A stretch of 63,333 nt of DNA, filler included, from Squatina squatina (GCA_031763465.1; 4 parts of 3 records of this genome joined end to end with filler, not necessarily neighbours in it), one strand, 5' to 3'; shown: positions 38,231-51,292, counted from the whole stretch's first letter. Numbers and translations: made by a program. Notes: a model not told the origin generated them from the letters alone.

Positions 38231-39369
38231 GCCCTATCTGAATATTGATTTATTTTAGTTTCCTTCCTGCAACCTTTTTATTTTTACCCAGGTGTTGCCT
38301 TTTAAAATCAAACTGGCTGCACTGCCTGCTAAAAACAGGAGACTTCATTGTTGTTGAGACAAGCCTGTGTCAATAGATTCCCTGGGCCAGTAAACCACTG
38401 CAGCACCTGTGTGCAATTTATTTGAGACTTGCAACTGAAGTTAGTGAATAGATTTGGAGTAACAATGCTACGCACATATGGCCAGTGTTTGTTTGAGGCT
38501 CTTAAATATCAAATTAATTCTCTGAAACAGATTAAAACTTCCTATGATTGATGCTTCTGTACTCTTTTAGATTGATGCAGAGCTTTTGTTTACAAAAGTG
38601 CACTTCTTACCTTGAAGGACGGGTCCTTTTTGATTTATAATTCACTGACTGTGCTGACGATTTAGTATCCATTTGAGAAATAAAGTGGAGCCTCCCCTCC
38701 CCCACTTTATATCTACACAAGTCATCCCAATATACAGATGTTTCAGCTCATAGACATCTTACTTTTCATAATCCTTAGAATCAAGTGGTGTTACCATCAT
38801 ACAATGAGGGCACCCATGATGTAATTTTTTTTAAATGTATAAGAACCATCTTAATTTTAAACCAAAATGAAGACTTGCACTTTTTACTCTAACTTTTATC
38901 CTAAAGTTCTAAGGCTAAATGTTTGGCATGTCGAATAGAGCTGGTTCATACTAGCAGTTGCTTCAAATGTGTTCACAACAGTAAACAGACGGTTGAGAAT
39001 ACCTTTACAAGCTACATTCAGGGTATGTTGCTAAAGGGAGAATTATTCCAGGTTTCCTGACTTGCGTCATATTTAAATATTTGTTCTAACATGTCATTCT
39101 GAAGCCTACATTTGATGGGAGATTGGTTAAACAGTTGAAGTCATGTGTTTATTGAATGTTGAGAAAATTAAAACCAGTGTAAGCCTGGGTCAGGGTTTAG
39201 TTATTGCTCCTGGTGTGAAATATCTTTTGCATCAATTGCAGCTGTTTAATGTGGTAATGGATATATTTTTTAAAATGCATAATTTATAATGCAATAATTT
39301 GTTTCCCACCCTGACTTTTGTCCTCTTCTCTCCTCACGATGGCAAATTATCCCGAGGTTCTATGAGCAC

Positions 39370-39670
39370 TGGCAATCCTTGGATATCTCACCCTGATCTT
39401 CATGAGAGATTTTAGACTATTCAAACATGATGAGGGTATCGCAGTCAATCTCAGTCACGTCCTTGCCTGACATCCACTTTCTTGCGTGCTTTCCCGCAGG
39501 GGTCAAAGAACAGAGATCAGAAACCAGAACCATATCTCGTTTCGTTTTCTCCCCCTAGCCTCGGGGAGCTCCAATTGTCACCCTGGCTAAGATTACACAA
39601 CTCAACACAAACCAGAAACCACACTTGGGACCTTCTGGATTTGTATGATTCAGTACCTCATCGCACGATC
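39370..39670 (-). mobile_element. Old SINE-like repeat (family of 12820-13140)
   Basis: Reverse complement matches the core at 12820-13140 and 55680-56000. Confidence 0.45.
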
Positions 39671-41823
39671 TATTTTCTCACTCTGCTGTCGATGGAGACT
39701 TTAAATGTTTATTTTTATACAAGTGCTTCATGCAAAATCTCTGTGTTCCTCTCCTCCCAATTTACTCGAATTTTTAAAAAGAACTTAATTTTTTGTACCT
39801 GATTCCTTTTTTTTCCAGTGTTCCTGCTGCTGCATCTACTAACTAGCTTTCTCTTGCAGCCAGTAGGTGGAATTGCCCAGACCATGGACTTCTCTGTGCC
39901 TGCTATCGATGCCATTCAGAGGAGTGAAGTATTTCAGCAGAGTAGCACTCCTTTCTAACCTCCAGTGAAGGTATTGCTGTACAATTCTCCAACTGATGGT
40001 CCATCCAGATATGGGGAATAATTGCCCCAGAAAATGCTGGCACGATCAAATCCTTCTGAATTGGAAGTCTTATCATTTAACTGATGTAATTTTTCAGTGA
40101 TACTAAGAGAAAACAAGGGACGGAATGAGGCCACTGAAAGTGAGATCGGGTGAGGCCGTGATTGATGCTACACAGGCAGAAAAAAGTGCTAATTAAGTTT
40201 TTTGCCTCCGTTTTTACCAAGGAGGAGACAAATGATTTTTTTTAATCTCGAAAGGGAACTAGAGGNNNNNNNNNNACATTACCACCAGTACAGTTGGCGA
40301 ATAGCTGTGCAAACTTTTTAAGGTGAATAAACCTCAAGAGCTGGATAAAATGATTCTTAAGGAACTAAGGGAGGAAATTGGTACACTAGAGCAACTTAGT
40401 GATGACTTTTCCTCTTCCCCGGTGGCAGAACATAGTCTCCATTCAAAATCTCCCAAGCCATTAACAGCTAAGATGAAGAACTCGGTGACATGGATGAATG
40501 AGAGCATTAGTCCATGTCACAGTAGGAACACAAAACTGACATCCAGTTTTATCTAACAATGGAAAATTATCCAGAGGGTTGATNNNNNNNNNNNNNNNNN
40601 NNNNNNNNNNNNNNNNNNNNNNNNNNNNNNNNNNNNNNNNNNNNNNNNNNNNNNNNNNNNNNNNNNNNNNNNNNNNNNNNNNNATTTCTGGGTTAGCGCT
40701 GACCCCACGAATTGCCAGGGAGTATGCGCTAACGATGGCAGCATGGCCCCTCCCCTGCCTTAAAAGGGAGGCCGCTGGCTGAGGCAATGGAGCCTCGGGG
40801 AACGCTGCTGGGCCACCAGGGAGCAGGGTTGGGGGTAGCAAAATGCCGACATGCCAGTGAGCATTCCAGCAAGTGTGTGCAGTGGCATTGGTGACCGATC
40901 GACCGACGCGGAAGTCGGTCGATGTAAAAAATGGCAGCCGACGGCGCACTCACCTCCCCTTTAACGACAGTCAAAGAATGTGGGCCTCTCTGGTAAGCCG
41001 TGGACCAATTCCGGCCATGGCTCACCAGCGATGCCAAAGGGGGTCGCGGGGCAGTACTATGGGGTCGGCATGTGCCTTACCCCGGCGCCATTGGCAACCC
41101 CGGCGAAGAGGCCTTGGTGCCGCCGGGGCACCATCACCTATTCAGGGGGAAAGAAACATTTCCCCTACCGCGCCCAAGGTACACCACTTTTCGGCGCTAC
41201 CACGGCACGAGTACACACCAATTGGGTCGCTTTGGTTTTAGCACACAAAATGCAGTGGGAAGCTGAATGTGCAGTCTGTGGTGTCTGAGCATTAAACACA
41301 ATCATGCTGTGGTTTTGAAACATTTGAATGTGTTGAAACTTGTTTGTTGTGGCAGTGCAGAAGTGAACTGTTCAATGGGCCTGTCCTTGGGCCTGCTGCA
41401 ACGAATATTGTTCAGCTGCTGTGATCCTCTCACTAAGTCGGCTAGCTAGGGTTACTGGTGATGGGATGCAGACAGTAGAAACCTGAAATGTAATGAAGAT
41501 ATATTAAATGACAGGTTGTTAAATCCTAGCAATCCTATTGGCTCTGACAATGGTTAATAACATATGGTTAAAAGCCTGTCTCCCAATAGTTACATTCCTA
41601 TCTATACACTAATTGACATAAAAATGTTTAGACTTGTTTTAATCTGGAACTGGGAAAAATCCTTGAAAATCTCCTCGTGCTTTTGTTAACTCTGAAACCA
41701 ATTTAGCATAAAACATGTTGCGATGTTCTCCATTATTATATTGTAAAGCCTGCAAGATTTGAAATAAAGATGATTAATTTTTAGTTGGATCTGATTTTGA
41801 ATTTCTTTTAACTTTATTAACAG

Positions 41824-41917
41824 GAGATTTCATTGAAGCTTGACCTTAAAACTCTGGAATCTGGAAAATTGAAATGCCCTTATGACCCTATCCAGCCTTT
41901 CACGTCAGCACTCATAG
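41824..41917 (+). CDS. Class-3 semaphorin (SEMA3D-like) sema-domain exon
   Basis: 94 bp, CAG acceptor and GTAAGG donor; EISLKLDLKTLESGKLKCPYDPIQPFTSALI versus recalled SEMA3D [31 protein letters not shown]. Confidence 0.87.
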
Positions 41918-43669
41918 GTAAGGCAGTTGTACAATGCTAAGGACATGAATTACTGATGGCATTGAATGAATGGATTTCTGCTTTTAATATGGGCCAAACA
42001 GACAATGATCAATCTCTAAAGATCACACAGTTATATGGTGTACATTCAGCTTGGTTAAAATCATACAGTTTAATATAGATTATGAAGTAGATTTTAGGCA
42101 AAAACTAACTTTTAAAAATGGACGCGACTGCTGCCAATGAACCGGAAATAGTTGCGCATGCGCAGTCTGTGTTTATTTGGTTGTTCGCTTTGGGACTCAC
42201 AGGGCCTGGGAAAAATGCTGGGAACAGGGAGCGAGCCTGGGAAAAATGGCAGGAACATGGATACAAACAAAAAAAGCTGGAAAAACTCAGGAGGTCAGGC
42301 AGCATCTGTGGAGAGAAAAACAAGAGTCAACATTTCGGGTCGATGACCCTTCGTNNNNNNNNNNNNNNNNNNNNNNNNNNNNNNNNNNNNNNNNNNNNNN
42401 NNNNNNNNNNNNNNNNNNNNNNNNNNNNNNNNNNNNNNNNNNNNNNNNNNNNNNTCATCGATATCTCCAGATTAATGCGCGGAACGCTTCTGCGCAGCTT
42501 CTGATCATTGGCATCAGCTCCCGGTTCGATGCAGCAGTCACTCTGTTAAAAATATAGATATATATTTGTATGTGGCTGAAGAGAGATAGAATGTAAATGA
42601 TCTCACGTAATGATGATGGACGACTTAGATTATTTTCATCTACATGTCCTCAGACATCTGCTTGTATTTTTGCATGAGTTCTTAATCTCTGAGTCAGCAT
42701 AACATTCAGCCGTTTGCAGTGAGGTATATCATGGACTAAACGCTACATTACAAACGCTACGTTCCACTCTAGAGTATCAAGTCTAAGGAATTCATCATTG
42801 AGCTGCCACAAGGTCAAGAGTATAGGTGGCTCCAGTTAGTCTTATATGATTACCAACCGACTGACCACATTTACACCATGTTTTATCATTTTACCCAGCT
42901 TATGACCTGTGTCTCCCTGTAGAGCTGAGTCAATAATTACTGCAGAGGATTAAAAAAAAATCATTGTTTCGTAACACCCTAAAAGAATTTGTAGATAATT
43001 GTGCACAAGGGGGAAATTAACAGTTCAGACACACTTCTCCTAAATCACTATCAATTCCCTAACAGGACACCTTTATAAGATCCCCGTTTTCTTACACTCT
43101 CACTATGATTTTTTTTCGGCACAGTTCCCCTGATATCGGCATAACCGGCGTGAAAGAGCACAGCATTTTAAGCGCAAATTGCGTTCAGCTGTTGGAAAAT
43201 AAGGATACTTGAAAACTTTTTAGTTATGTGANNNNNNNNNNNNNNNNNNNNNNNNNNNNNNNNNNNNNNNNNNNNNNNNNNNNNNNNNNNNNNNNNNNNN
43301 NNNNNNNNNNNNNNNNNNNNNNNNNNNNNNNGAATCTAAAGATTAGCAAAGTATTAGTAATTCTAGGAATGCTAGGTTCTGCCCACGTGTTAGTTCATCC
43401 AGTTACTCAATTCTGATAAATTATCTATTGATACAAAATAACACATTTCAGAATGCACTTAATCACCTTTACCTTGTATATGTTGTATGTAATTCTGATA
43501 TTTAACTCATAATTTCTATTTTATATTTATTGTTTAAAGGGGATCATTTCTTTGGAAGTTGAAGTAACAAAGTACTCCCGATGCACCATTTATAAACACT
43601 TGTATTTATTAGTGTTGATCCTCCTGTTAGAGAGAAATCAAGGCCTAGAATTTGGTTTGCACATGACTC

Positions 43670-43965
43670 CCTCCCACCTTTGCGCCCTTCCTTCCTCCCT
43701 CCTCTCTGTTTCTTCCTTCCCCACTCCTCTCTTCCTTTCTGCTCTCTGTTTCTTCCTTCCTCCCTCCTCTCTCTTCCTTCCTTTCTGCTCCCTGTTTCTT
43801 CCTTCCTCCCTCCTCTCTCTTCCTTCCTTCCTTTCTGCTCTCTGTTTCTTCCTTCCTTCCTTTCGGCTCTCTGTTTCTTCCTCCCTTTGTCCTCGCGCTT
43901 CCTTGCTTTCACTTCTCTTTCTCTCCTTCCTGATTTCTTGCCACTTTCTTTTTTCCTTTCTCTTT
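43670..43965 (+). repeat. Polypyrimidine tandem repeat (about 40-bp units with ctctgtttcttccttcc)
   Basis: Near-pure C/T strand; source of the spurious R/E/G/K-rich ORFs. Confidence 0.85.
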
Positions 43966-44813
43966 TTTTTGTATGTCTGAAATTTGCTCATTTTCCCTCT
44001 CACCTCCCAAGAGATTTTGAACCAGGCTTGTGATGTGACCTTCTGAGCAACATAAATTAGCTTGCCTCTCCATGGCAATGAAGCAGGGAGTAGAGGGCCA
44101 GAGCTTGACACTTGTGGTGGGGATTGGGCGGGGAGCAGGAGTTGAGCTCAGGTTGAAAAGGAGCTTGGACCAGGAGCTAGGGCTGTTGGAGAGAAACTAG
44201 GGGTTGAGTTGAAAAGTAGTGTGAGACTGGGGCCTGATACTAGGGCTGGGAAGAAGCTTTAGAGCTGGGACTCAGTGGGAGTGGAGAGGCCGGAATTTAT
44301 AACCACATGCCTAGAAGGAAAAATGAGAACTGGGCTTGGGGCCATGGTTGGGTGAGAGCCAAGTCTATAGAGATCAGCAAGCAGAGCTGGGAGAGAGGCA
44401 AGTCTGATAAGGCTAATGAGTAGCACTTCAGCCCAGGAAAAAAAAATGTATCATGGGGAGTCAGTCAGTTACTGGACCTGCTCGATTCGAGTGGCCAGGA
44501 AGGAGTTAATGGGGAGGCTGAGTGCTGGTGTCTGCTGCCTAAGTCCAGGAGTGGTTGGGCTGCGACAAAGGCTTGCAGGGAAAAGAAAGAATGTCAGTGA
44601 AGCTGAAAGATAGGAATTTGTTTGTGTTGACCATGTGTTCAATTATGAATTAATGGCCACACGATTACCAATCCAATTGCAGAAAACCAAAGGAAAGCCA
44701 CAATTATTTTAACAATCTAATTCAGAATTACATATTGCATCAATGTTTTTTCAAGTTAATTTTGGTACTAAACTAAATTAAGTACCATATGTCATGTATG
44801 TTTTTCTTTTCAG

Positions 44814-44956
44814 ACCCCAAGTTTATTGGGATGTACCCTATCTCTGATACCTCCAATGCAGATGATGACAAAATATATATATTTTTAAGAGAGACAGCAC
44901 TGGATACTACAGGCTCTGAGAAGGCCATTTACTCCAGAGTAGCCAGAGTTTGTAAG
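44814..44956 (+). CDS. SEMA3D-like sema-domain exon
   Basis: 143 bp; (D)PKFIGMYPISDTSNADDDKIYIFLRETALDTTGSEKAIYSRVARVCK; TTTCAG acceptor and GTTGGT donor. Confidence 0.9.
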
Positions 44957-46257
44957 GTTGGTTTGTTATAACATGAAAACTGTTTTCAATTAATTTTTTT
45001 TTTCTTGTGTGTTGGGGAATGGAACAGTTTGCTCCAATTTTACCATGAATGTTTCCTTCAGGCACTGCAAGGTTAATCATGAAATAACCTAATCCGGAGC
45101 AAAACTTCTTTATTTATCCCCAATAAAACTAATCTGAATTCTTCCACTTCCCAAGCTTTCTGCCCCCTCCTGTTGCATTGTATTCTGCCATGGTCCCTTA
45201 CACATGCCATACATTGTCCCCTCCTTTCCTCTCATCATGCATTCTGTCCCACTTCTCCCCATGTCATACACTCTACCTTCTTCTTTTGCTATGTAAACTG
45301 CACCCTTCCCTNNNNNNNNNNNNNNNNNNNNNNNNNNNNNNNNNNNNNNNNNNNNNNNNNNNNNNNNNNNNNNNNNNNNNNNNNNNNNNNNNNNNNNNNN
45401 NNNNNNNNNNNCCGCATTTAACGTCCCATGACCCCATTGTGATCCCGATCCACCCATCAGAAGCACACCTCACTGCATTTAAATGAAACGGGGGAGGGAA
45501 AAACGGCAACAAGATTTCTCTGCTTCCACCAACTCACCGCTACTGAAAGGGCAGCAGTACTGTATAATCCCCACAGGCAGAGGCAGATAAGTTAAGTGAA
45601 AGTTCACGCAAAAGTGCGATCCACAACACTGTTTGGCTGGAAGTCATTTTTACTCGTTGGAAGCTGCACTAAGCATTTAAAGATACTTTGTGAAACCTGC
45701 TGTGAATTTAAAGTAAGTTGTGCAGATTGAAATAATGGATTTCCCTCAGGGGATTCCATTGTTCCTGTGCTTTGATGAGGAGGAGGACGATAAGGACATA
45801 GACGAGGAAAGGATAGAAGCCAGGAGAGTGCTGGCAGCACACACGCATACAACACCCAACTTGCAGGTATCCATGCCACAGGGTCTACAGACTACGGAGG
45901 TCAATTCTGGGTTGGTGGTTACTATGGAAAGCGTAATGGCAGAATTGGAAATAGCAATAGTGGCTACATTGCAAATGGAGGTGGTGGCAGCATTGGAAAG
46001 AGATGATGGGCTACCATGTCAAGCATCATTCTATTTGTAGAAATATCCAGCCACCTGTACTTATACATGCACTTGTATTTAGATTTGTGACTCTTGTTCA
46101 CGTTGTACATGATCGTCAGGCAACTTTGCCCAATATTTCATACAAATACTTACCCATACTACTTCAATAGCAAATACCTTTGACTTGCCTAATATGAAGA
46201 CTTGAGCTTTTTTGTTATTTAAATCCGATGATTAAAATGTGTTTTTTTTTCTATTAG

Positions 46258-46322
46258 ACATACCAGACGTCAAGATGTAAAGTCTGGAGACCCAGCAATG
46301 CAGTGTTGGGATCAGGAGGACT
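46258..46322 (+). CDS. SEMA3D-like exon at the PSI-domain furin site
   Basis: 65 bp; HTRRQDVKSGDPAMQCWDQED versus recalled SEMA3D [27 protein letters not shown] donor in phase with the next exon. Confidence 0.88.
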
Positions 46323-47048
46323 GTGAGTGTATAAATGTGCCATTTACTGCATTACTCCTGTGTATTTGTGAGCGATAGTGGTACTTCAGTTTCAGTTGAT
46401 GGTAACGAGCATCCTGTAGCGTACAGGATTTATTTTACTAGCTGAAGGAAAATGGATATGGGTGAGGAGTAAAAAAGATATATTACCAAAAATTAATTAA
46501 AGCACACAGACATTAATCTGGCAACATGGAACAGTGAAAATAATCCTCCCACTCCACTGATATTCCATATCAGTTGGATTTTTCCCTTGTTTATAGTCAA
46601 TGGAGACAATTCTGGCTTTTTATAGGAATGGAGATCTTTTTATATTTATGCTTCTTTGATTGCTAATAAAAGAAAGTTTTTATTCTCTGTTATTTTAAAT
46701 GATAATGGCAGCCCTTGCAGGCAATAAATGGTGCAACACAGTAATTCAGCTGGCAAACATTATTCCATACAGGATTTCAAACCTGATCTGACACACTATG
46801 AATTTACTGGTTATTTGGCACACATCTTGCATGAGTATGGCATCATTTAAAACATTCCTTGTAAAAACCAATAGTTTGGAACATCAGAGCATAAGTAGTT
46901 TCACAGCAGCTGTTTTTATTTTGGGTCATAGCATGCTTTAATCGTTAGTTGTTAAGTTCATTCTACCTACTTTGGAGTTTGCTAGTATTAAATGATAATT
47001 ATATATTTTTCTCTTTACTGCCCACAATAAACATTTCTTATTACATAG

Positions 47049-47188
47049 ATGCAAAGAATGTGCTAACTGAGAAGAAGTTGATTTTTGGAGTGCAGTACAA
47101 TTCCACATTCCTGGAATGCAGTCCAAGGTCACAGCAAACATCAGTCATCTGGTCTGTTCAGCAATCACTGGATGGCCAACAGGAGGAG
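47049..47188 (+). CDS. SEMA3D-like Ig-domain exon
   Basis: 140 bp; (Y)AKNVLTEKKLIFGVQYNSTFLECSPRSQQTSVIWSVQQSLDGQQEE with the NSTFLEC motif; GTAATT donor. Confidence 0.9.
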
Positions 47189-48353
47189 GTAATTAGTCTG
47201 AATGGCACATTCTAACACTGAAAATCATTGGACTTCAGACGTGCAGTAAATCCTCCAGTTATGTTCCAAATGACTTGTTTGATTATCAGTCAGAAAATAA
47301 ATTTGTCAACGTATATTTTCACATCTTCCCTGCAATTAAATCATGTTAATACTTCCGTGTCAACTGATCGCAGTGAGCTATTACAGCTCATGGGCAGTTT
47401 TCTAACATTCATGTGGTCTGTTAAGTCATCATCATAGCAAAACAGACGGTTTAAGTACAGCACTGTTTCTGGACAAAATAACGTAATGAGGAGCCGTAGA
47501 TGTACATCACTGCTCTATTGCTAGCATGTAGGTGCTTGGTAGAATGTGACTTATAGCAGCCTTGCCTTCACAATCACAAATGGACTCAATGGAATAGTTT
47601 TCCTGCATATTAAAGATATATTGACTTTAAAATCCATTCAGTAGATCTTCTGTAGGTAGACATCCTGGACCTTCAGCCTCTTCGAAGGCTATACAGGGTT
47701 TATCTAAACAATTCCTTTCTTTTTAAATGTTTCCATGTTTTTGAGGGATTGGTTGCTTGCGAGGATCAAAAGTTTGGTATTTGTGATTCAGGGTTTGACT
47801 TTGATTTTTAGCAAACCCACTTATGCGCAACATCACCTCGTTCCAAAAAAAACCAAGGCGGTGTGCCTGCAATTAGACTCATAATTTAGTTTTTATCTAT
47901 ATTTAAAAGTTCCTTGGTAGAGGAGCTTCACGTGCTGGGAGCGTATAGCAGGAATTTGGGTTTGCGTCCAATTTATGGCGCCCATGATTTTCTGCCCGTT
48001 AAATGGGGAAAAGGGCAAAGAATTGCCAGCTGGCAGGCGGGAAAGCCCTGGCCCAAGTGTCAGCTAGCTATTCAACCATGGAGAGCATCACTGCCCAGCC
48101 TGATCCTGTCCACGTATGCAATTGCCAGCAGGACTCACTGGGTAACAAGAGACCCTGGATGATATTTGACTCACTAAGCCAAGAGCACTGAGTCCAAACC
48201 AAACAGACCCGGGAATAGGAGCTGGGACCTTCTGGATGGCATCTTGCTACAAGGCAGTGCTTTCAAGGTTAGCATAAACTCAGTAAGGAGGAATGATTAG
48301 GGGATAGACNNNNNNNNNNNNNNNNNNNNNNNNNNNNNNNNNNNNNNNNNNNN

Positions 48354-48365
48354 TTAATTAATTAA
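48354..48365. other. Artificial scaffold-joining linker TTAATTAATTAA
   Basis: Flanked by 44 N each side. Confidence 0.97.
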
Positions 48366-48409
48366 NNNNNNNNNNNNNNNNNNNNNNNNNNNNNNNNNNN
48401 NNNNNNNNN

Positions 48410-48723
48410 TCATGAGGGGTCTGGACAGAGTAGATCGAGAGAAACTGTTCCCCTTGGTGGAAGGGTCGAGAACCAGAGGACGCAGATTTAAGGAGATTGG
48501 CAGAAGAACCAAAGGCGACATGAGGAAAAATGTTTTTACGCAGCAAGTAATTAGGTTCTGGAACGCACTGCCTGAGAGGGTAGTGGAGGCAAATTCAATC
48601 ACTGCTTTCAAAAGAGAATTGGATCAGTACCTGAAGGAAAAAATAGCAGGGCTACGGGGAAAGGGGGGGGGAGCGGGACTCGCTGAGGTGCTCTCGCCGA
48701 GGGCCGGCATGGGCTCGACGGGC
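48410..48723 (+). mobile_element. CR1 LINE 3' end
   Basis: MRGLDRVDREKLFPL...TRG...FTQQVIRFWNALPERVVEA..FKRELD, typical CR1 ORF2 C-terminus. Confidence 0.9.
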
Positions 48724-48919
48724 NNNNNNNNNNNNNNNTACCAGAGAAAGTAACTGAAGACGACAGTATGAACGAGCGCAGCGTGAACAGGCTGAAGAGT
48801 ACATTGAACATGTATCGGGTAAGAAAAGCTGTTGAGTGATACAGTGAGAAGTTGCCTGACCTCATGTGCATCCCCCACTCTCTTTCTTCCCACAATTGGC
48901 AGCTATGCCTTCAGTCCGC

Positions 48920-49340
48920 AGATGTGGCTCAGTGGGTAACACTCTCACCTCTGAGTCAGAAGGTTGTGAGTTCAAAGTTCCACTCCAGAGCCTGGAGCAC
49001 AAAAATCTAGGCTGACACTCCCGAGGGAGCGCTGCACTGTCGCTAGGTGCTGTCTTTCAGGCGAAGAAGCTAAAACGAGGCCCCGTCTGCTCTCTCAGGT
49101 TGGGCGTTGAAGGACTATTTGGAAGAAGAGCAGGGGGAGCTCACCCCGATGTCCCTCAATCAACATAACAAAACAGATTGCCTGGTCATTATTGCTGTTT
49201 GTGGGAGCTTGCTGTGCACAAATTGACTGCACGTTTCCCATGCTGCAACAGTGACTACACTCCAAAAGTTCTTCATTGGCTGTAAAGCGCTCTGAGATGC
49301 CCANNNNNNNNNNCTGTAGAAATGCACGTCTTTCATTTTT
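48920..49340 (+). mobile_element. Near full-length Deu-domain SINE (SacSINE1-like)
   Basis: Box A tggctcagtggg, box B gtgagttcaaag, core tgtttgtgggagcttgctgtgcacaaattg, L2-like tail. Confidence 0.8.
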
Positions 49341-49899
49341 TCTGAGCCCCAAGCACTGAAATATTCTCCCTAATCCTCCGCACCTCTCCTTAAAATCTAC
49401 CGTCGGCCAGCCTGACCTGGTGTCTCCTTCTTTGGCTCAGTGTCGGATTGCACTCCCGTTTTACGACCTTAAAGGCGCTATATAAATGCAAGGTGGTGTT
49501 GTTGCACTTTGCTGTGCGCAATTTGGCTGTTCTACGAAAAGTCACTTGCTGTAACACACTTTGGGACATGCTGAGAACCTGACACGGTGCCAATAAATGC
49601 AAGTTCCTTCTCTTGTTACTCAATCGTGGAGGTAAAAGCCAGCACAACAAAGGCAAGATTTTATCCTTTCAAACTCGGGATGTGTCGGCAGAGCATTCGG
49701 AGCGGTGTAACACCAGGGCGAAAAATGGATGGGTCAGGATCAGTCACCAGGTCTCAAGTTGGCGAACTAAAAGCAACACAAGTGAAAAGCAAATTGATTT
49801 AAGTGAATTTTCTTCCTGCAACACCAGTACAACACCAAAAGCAAAGTTCCAAATCCATTTTCAATTTGCAGTCATTTCTTTCAATATTTTTTTTTACGA

Positions 49900-50290
49900 G
49901 AAGATCAAGGGGCTACCTGATAGAGATCTTTAAGATTATGAAAATGTTCAATCGAATAGACGTAGCAATGTATCCACTTGTCGAGGGGGGCGGCAAAACT
50001 TGGGGCCATAAATACAAGATAGTCACTAATAAATCCAATGGGGAATTCAGGAGAAACTTCTTTACCCAGAGTGGGGAGAATGTGGAACTCGCTCCCACAG
50101 GGAGGGGTTGAGGTGAATCGCAGAGATACATTTTTAGGGGGAAGCTGGATAAACACACGGAGGAAGGAATAGAAGGATGTGGTGATGGGGTGAGATGGAG
50201 AGAGGGGGAGGAGGCTCAAGTGGAGCAGAAACACCGGCACGGACCAATGGGCCGAATGGCCTGTTTCTGGGCTGCATGTTCGATGTAATA
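49900..50290 (+). mobile_element. CR1 LINE 3' end with terminal motif
   Basis: RGYLIEIFKIMK...RRNFFTQ; ends gggccgaatggcctgtttctg. Confidence 0.85.
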
Positions 50291-50619
50291 GATATGAAGG
50301 AGAAGCATGAACTGAATTAATGAGTAAATAGGAGAGTGATCAGCTGAGTGCAATAATGTTTACAGAATGCTGGAATCCAGCTGAGCTCAACTCACTCGTG
50401 GTTTCATCTCTCATAAGTTCTTCAGTCAGCCCAATTGGTATAAACAAAGCTCAATAGTCATGTGGCAGAGACACAAGTTAAAAAAGATTAATACACTGCA
50501 TTTGAGGGTCGAGTCTGATTTTCCTCTCAACAACTCCGAGCTTCATTTAAATCGTAAGATTGTTTAAAATATAATTCGTGCTATATAATCTCTGGATAGT
50601 GGTCCAGCACAGCACCACT

Positions 50620-50735
50620 CGCACACTCCAGTATAACTCACACTCCAGTACAGCACCACTCACACACTCCAGTATAACTCACACTCCAGTATATCTCGCA
50701 CACTCCAGTATAACTCACACTCCAGTATATCTCGC
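50620..50735 (+). repeat. About 19-21 bp minisatellite (cacactccagtata core)
   Basis: cacactccagta repeated about 6 times, running into a gap. Confidence 0.85.
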
Positions 50736-50835
50736 NNNNNNNNNNNNNNNNNNNNNNNNNNNNNNNNNNNNNNNNNNNNNNNNNNNNNNNNNNNNNNNNN
50801 NNNNNNNNNNNNNNNNNNNNNNNNNNNNNNNNNNN

Positions 50836-51292
50836 TGCTCGCAGGTGAACGTGAAATATCCCACGACACTAGTTCGAGGAACAACGAGGGAGTTCTCCCC
50901 GATATCCTGACCAATATTTATCAACCAACACCACTGAAACAGATTATCTGGTCATTATTTCATGAATTTTTTTGTGGCTTTTAAAAGGAAATTGGATAAA
51001 TACCTGAAGGAAAAAAATTCAGGGCTACGGGGAAAGGGCGGGGGAGTGGGATTAGCTGAAGTGGTCTTGTAGAGAGCCGTCAAGAGTTCGACGGGCCGAA
51101 TGGTTTCCTTCTGTGCTGTAACCTTTCTATAATTATCACATTGCTGTTTGTGGGAGCTTGCTGCGCGCAAATTGGCTGCTGCGTTTTCTACATTACAACT
51201 GTGACTGCACTTCAAAAAGTACTTAATTGGCTGTGAAGCGCTTTGGGACATCTGGTGGTAGTGGAAGGCACTATAGAAATACAAGTCTGTCT
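50836..51292 (+). mobile_element. Deu-SINE interrupted by a CR1 3' tail (insert 50959-51131)
   Basis: SINE text ggtcattat|cacattgctg is split; insert matches 48600-48723; attat duplicated. Confidence 0.8.

Noticed and set aside
43544-44111. R/E/G/K-rich ORFs
   Set aside because: Translation of a purine/pyrimidine simple repeat
48920-48990. tRNA-like box A/B sequences (also 4410, 54705, 62270-62350)
   Set aside because: SINE heads continuing into SINE bodies; no cloverleaf
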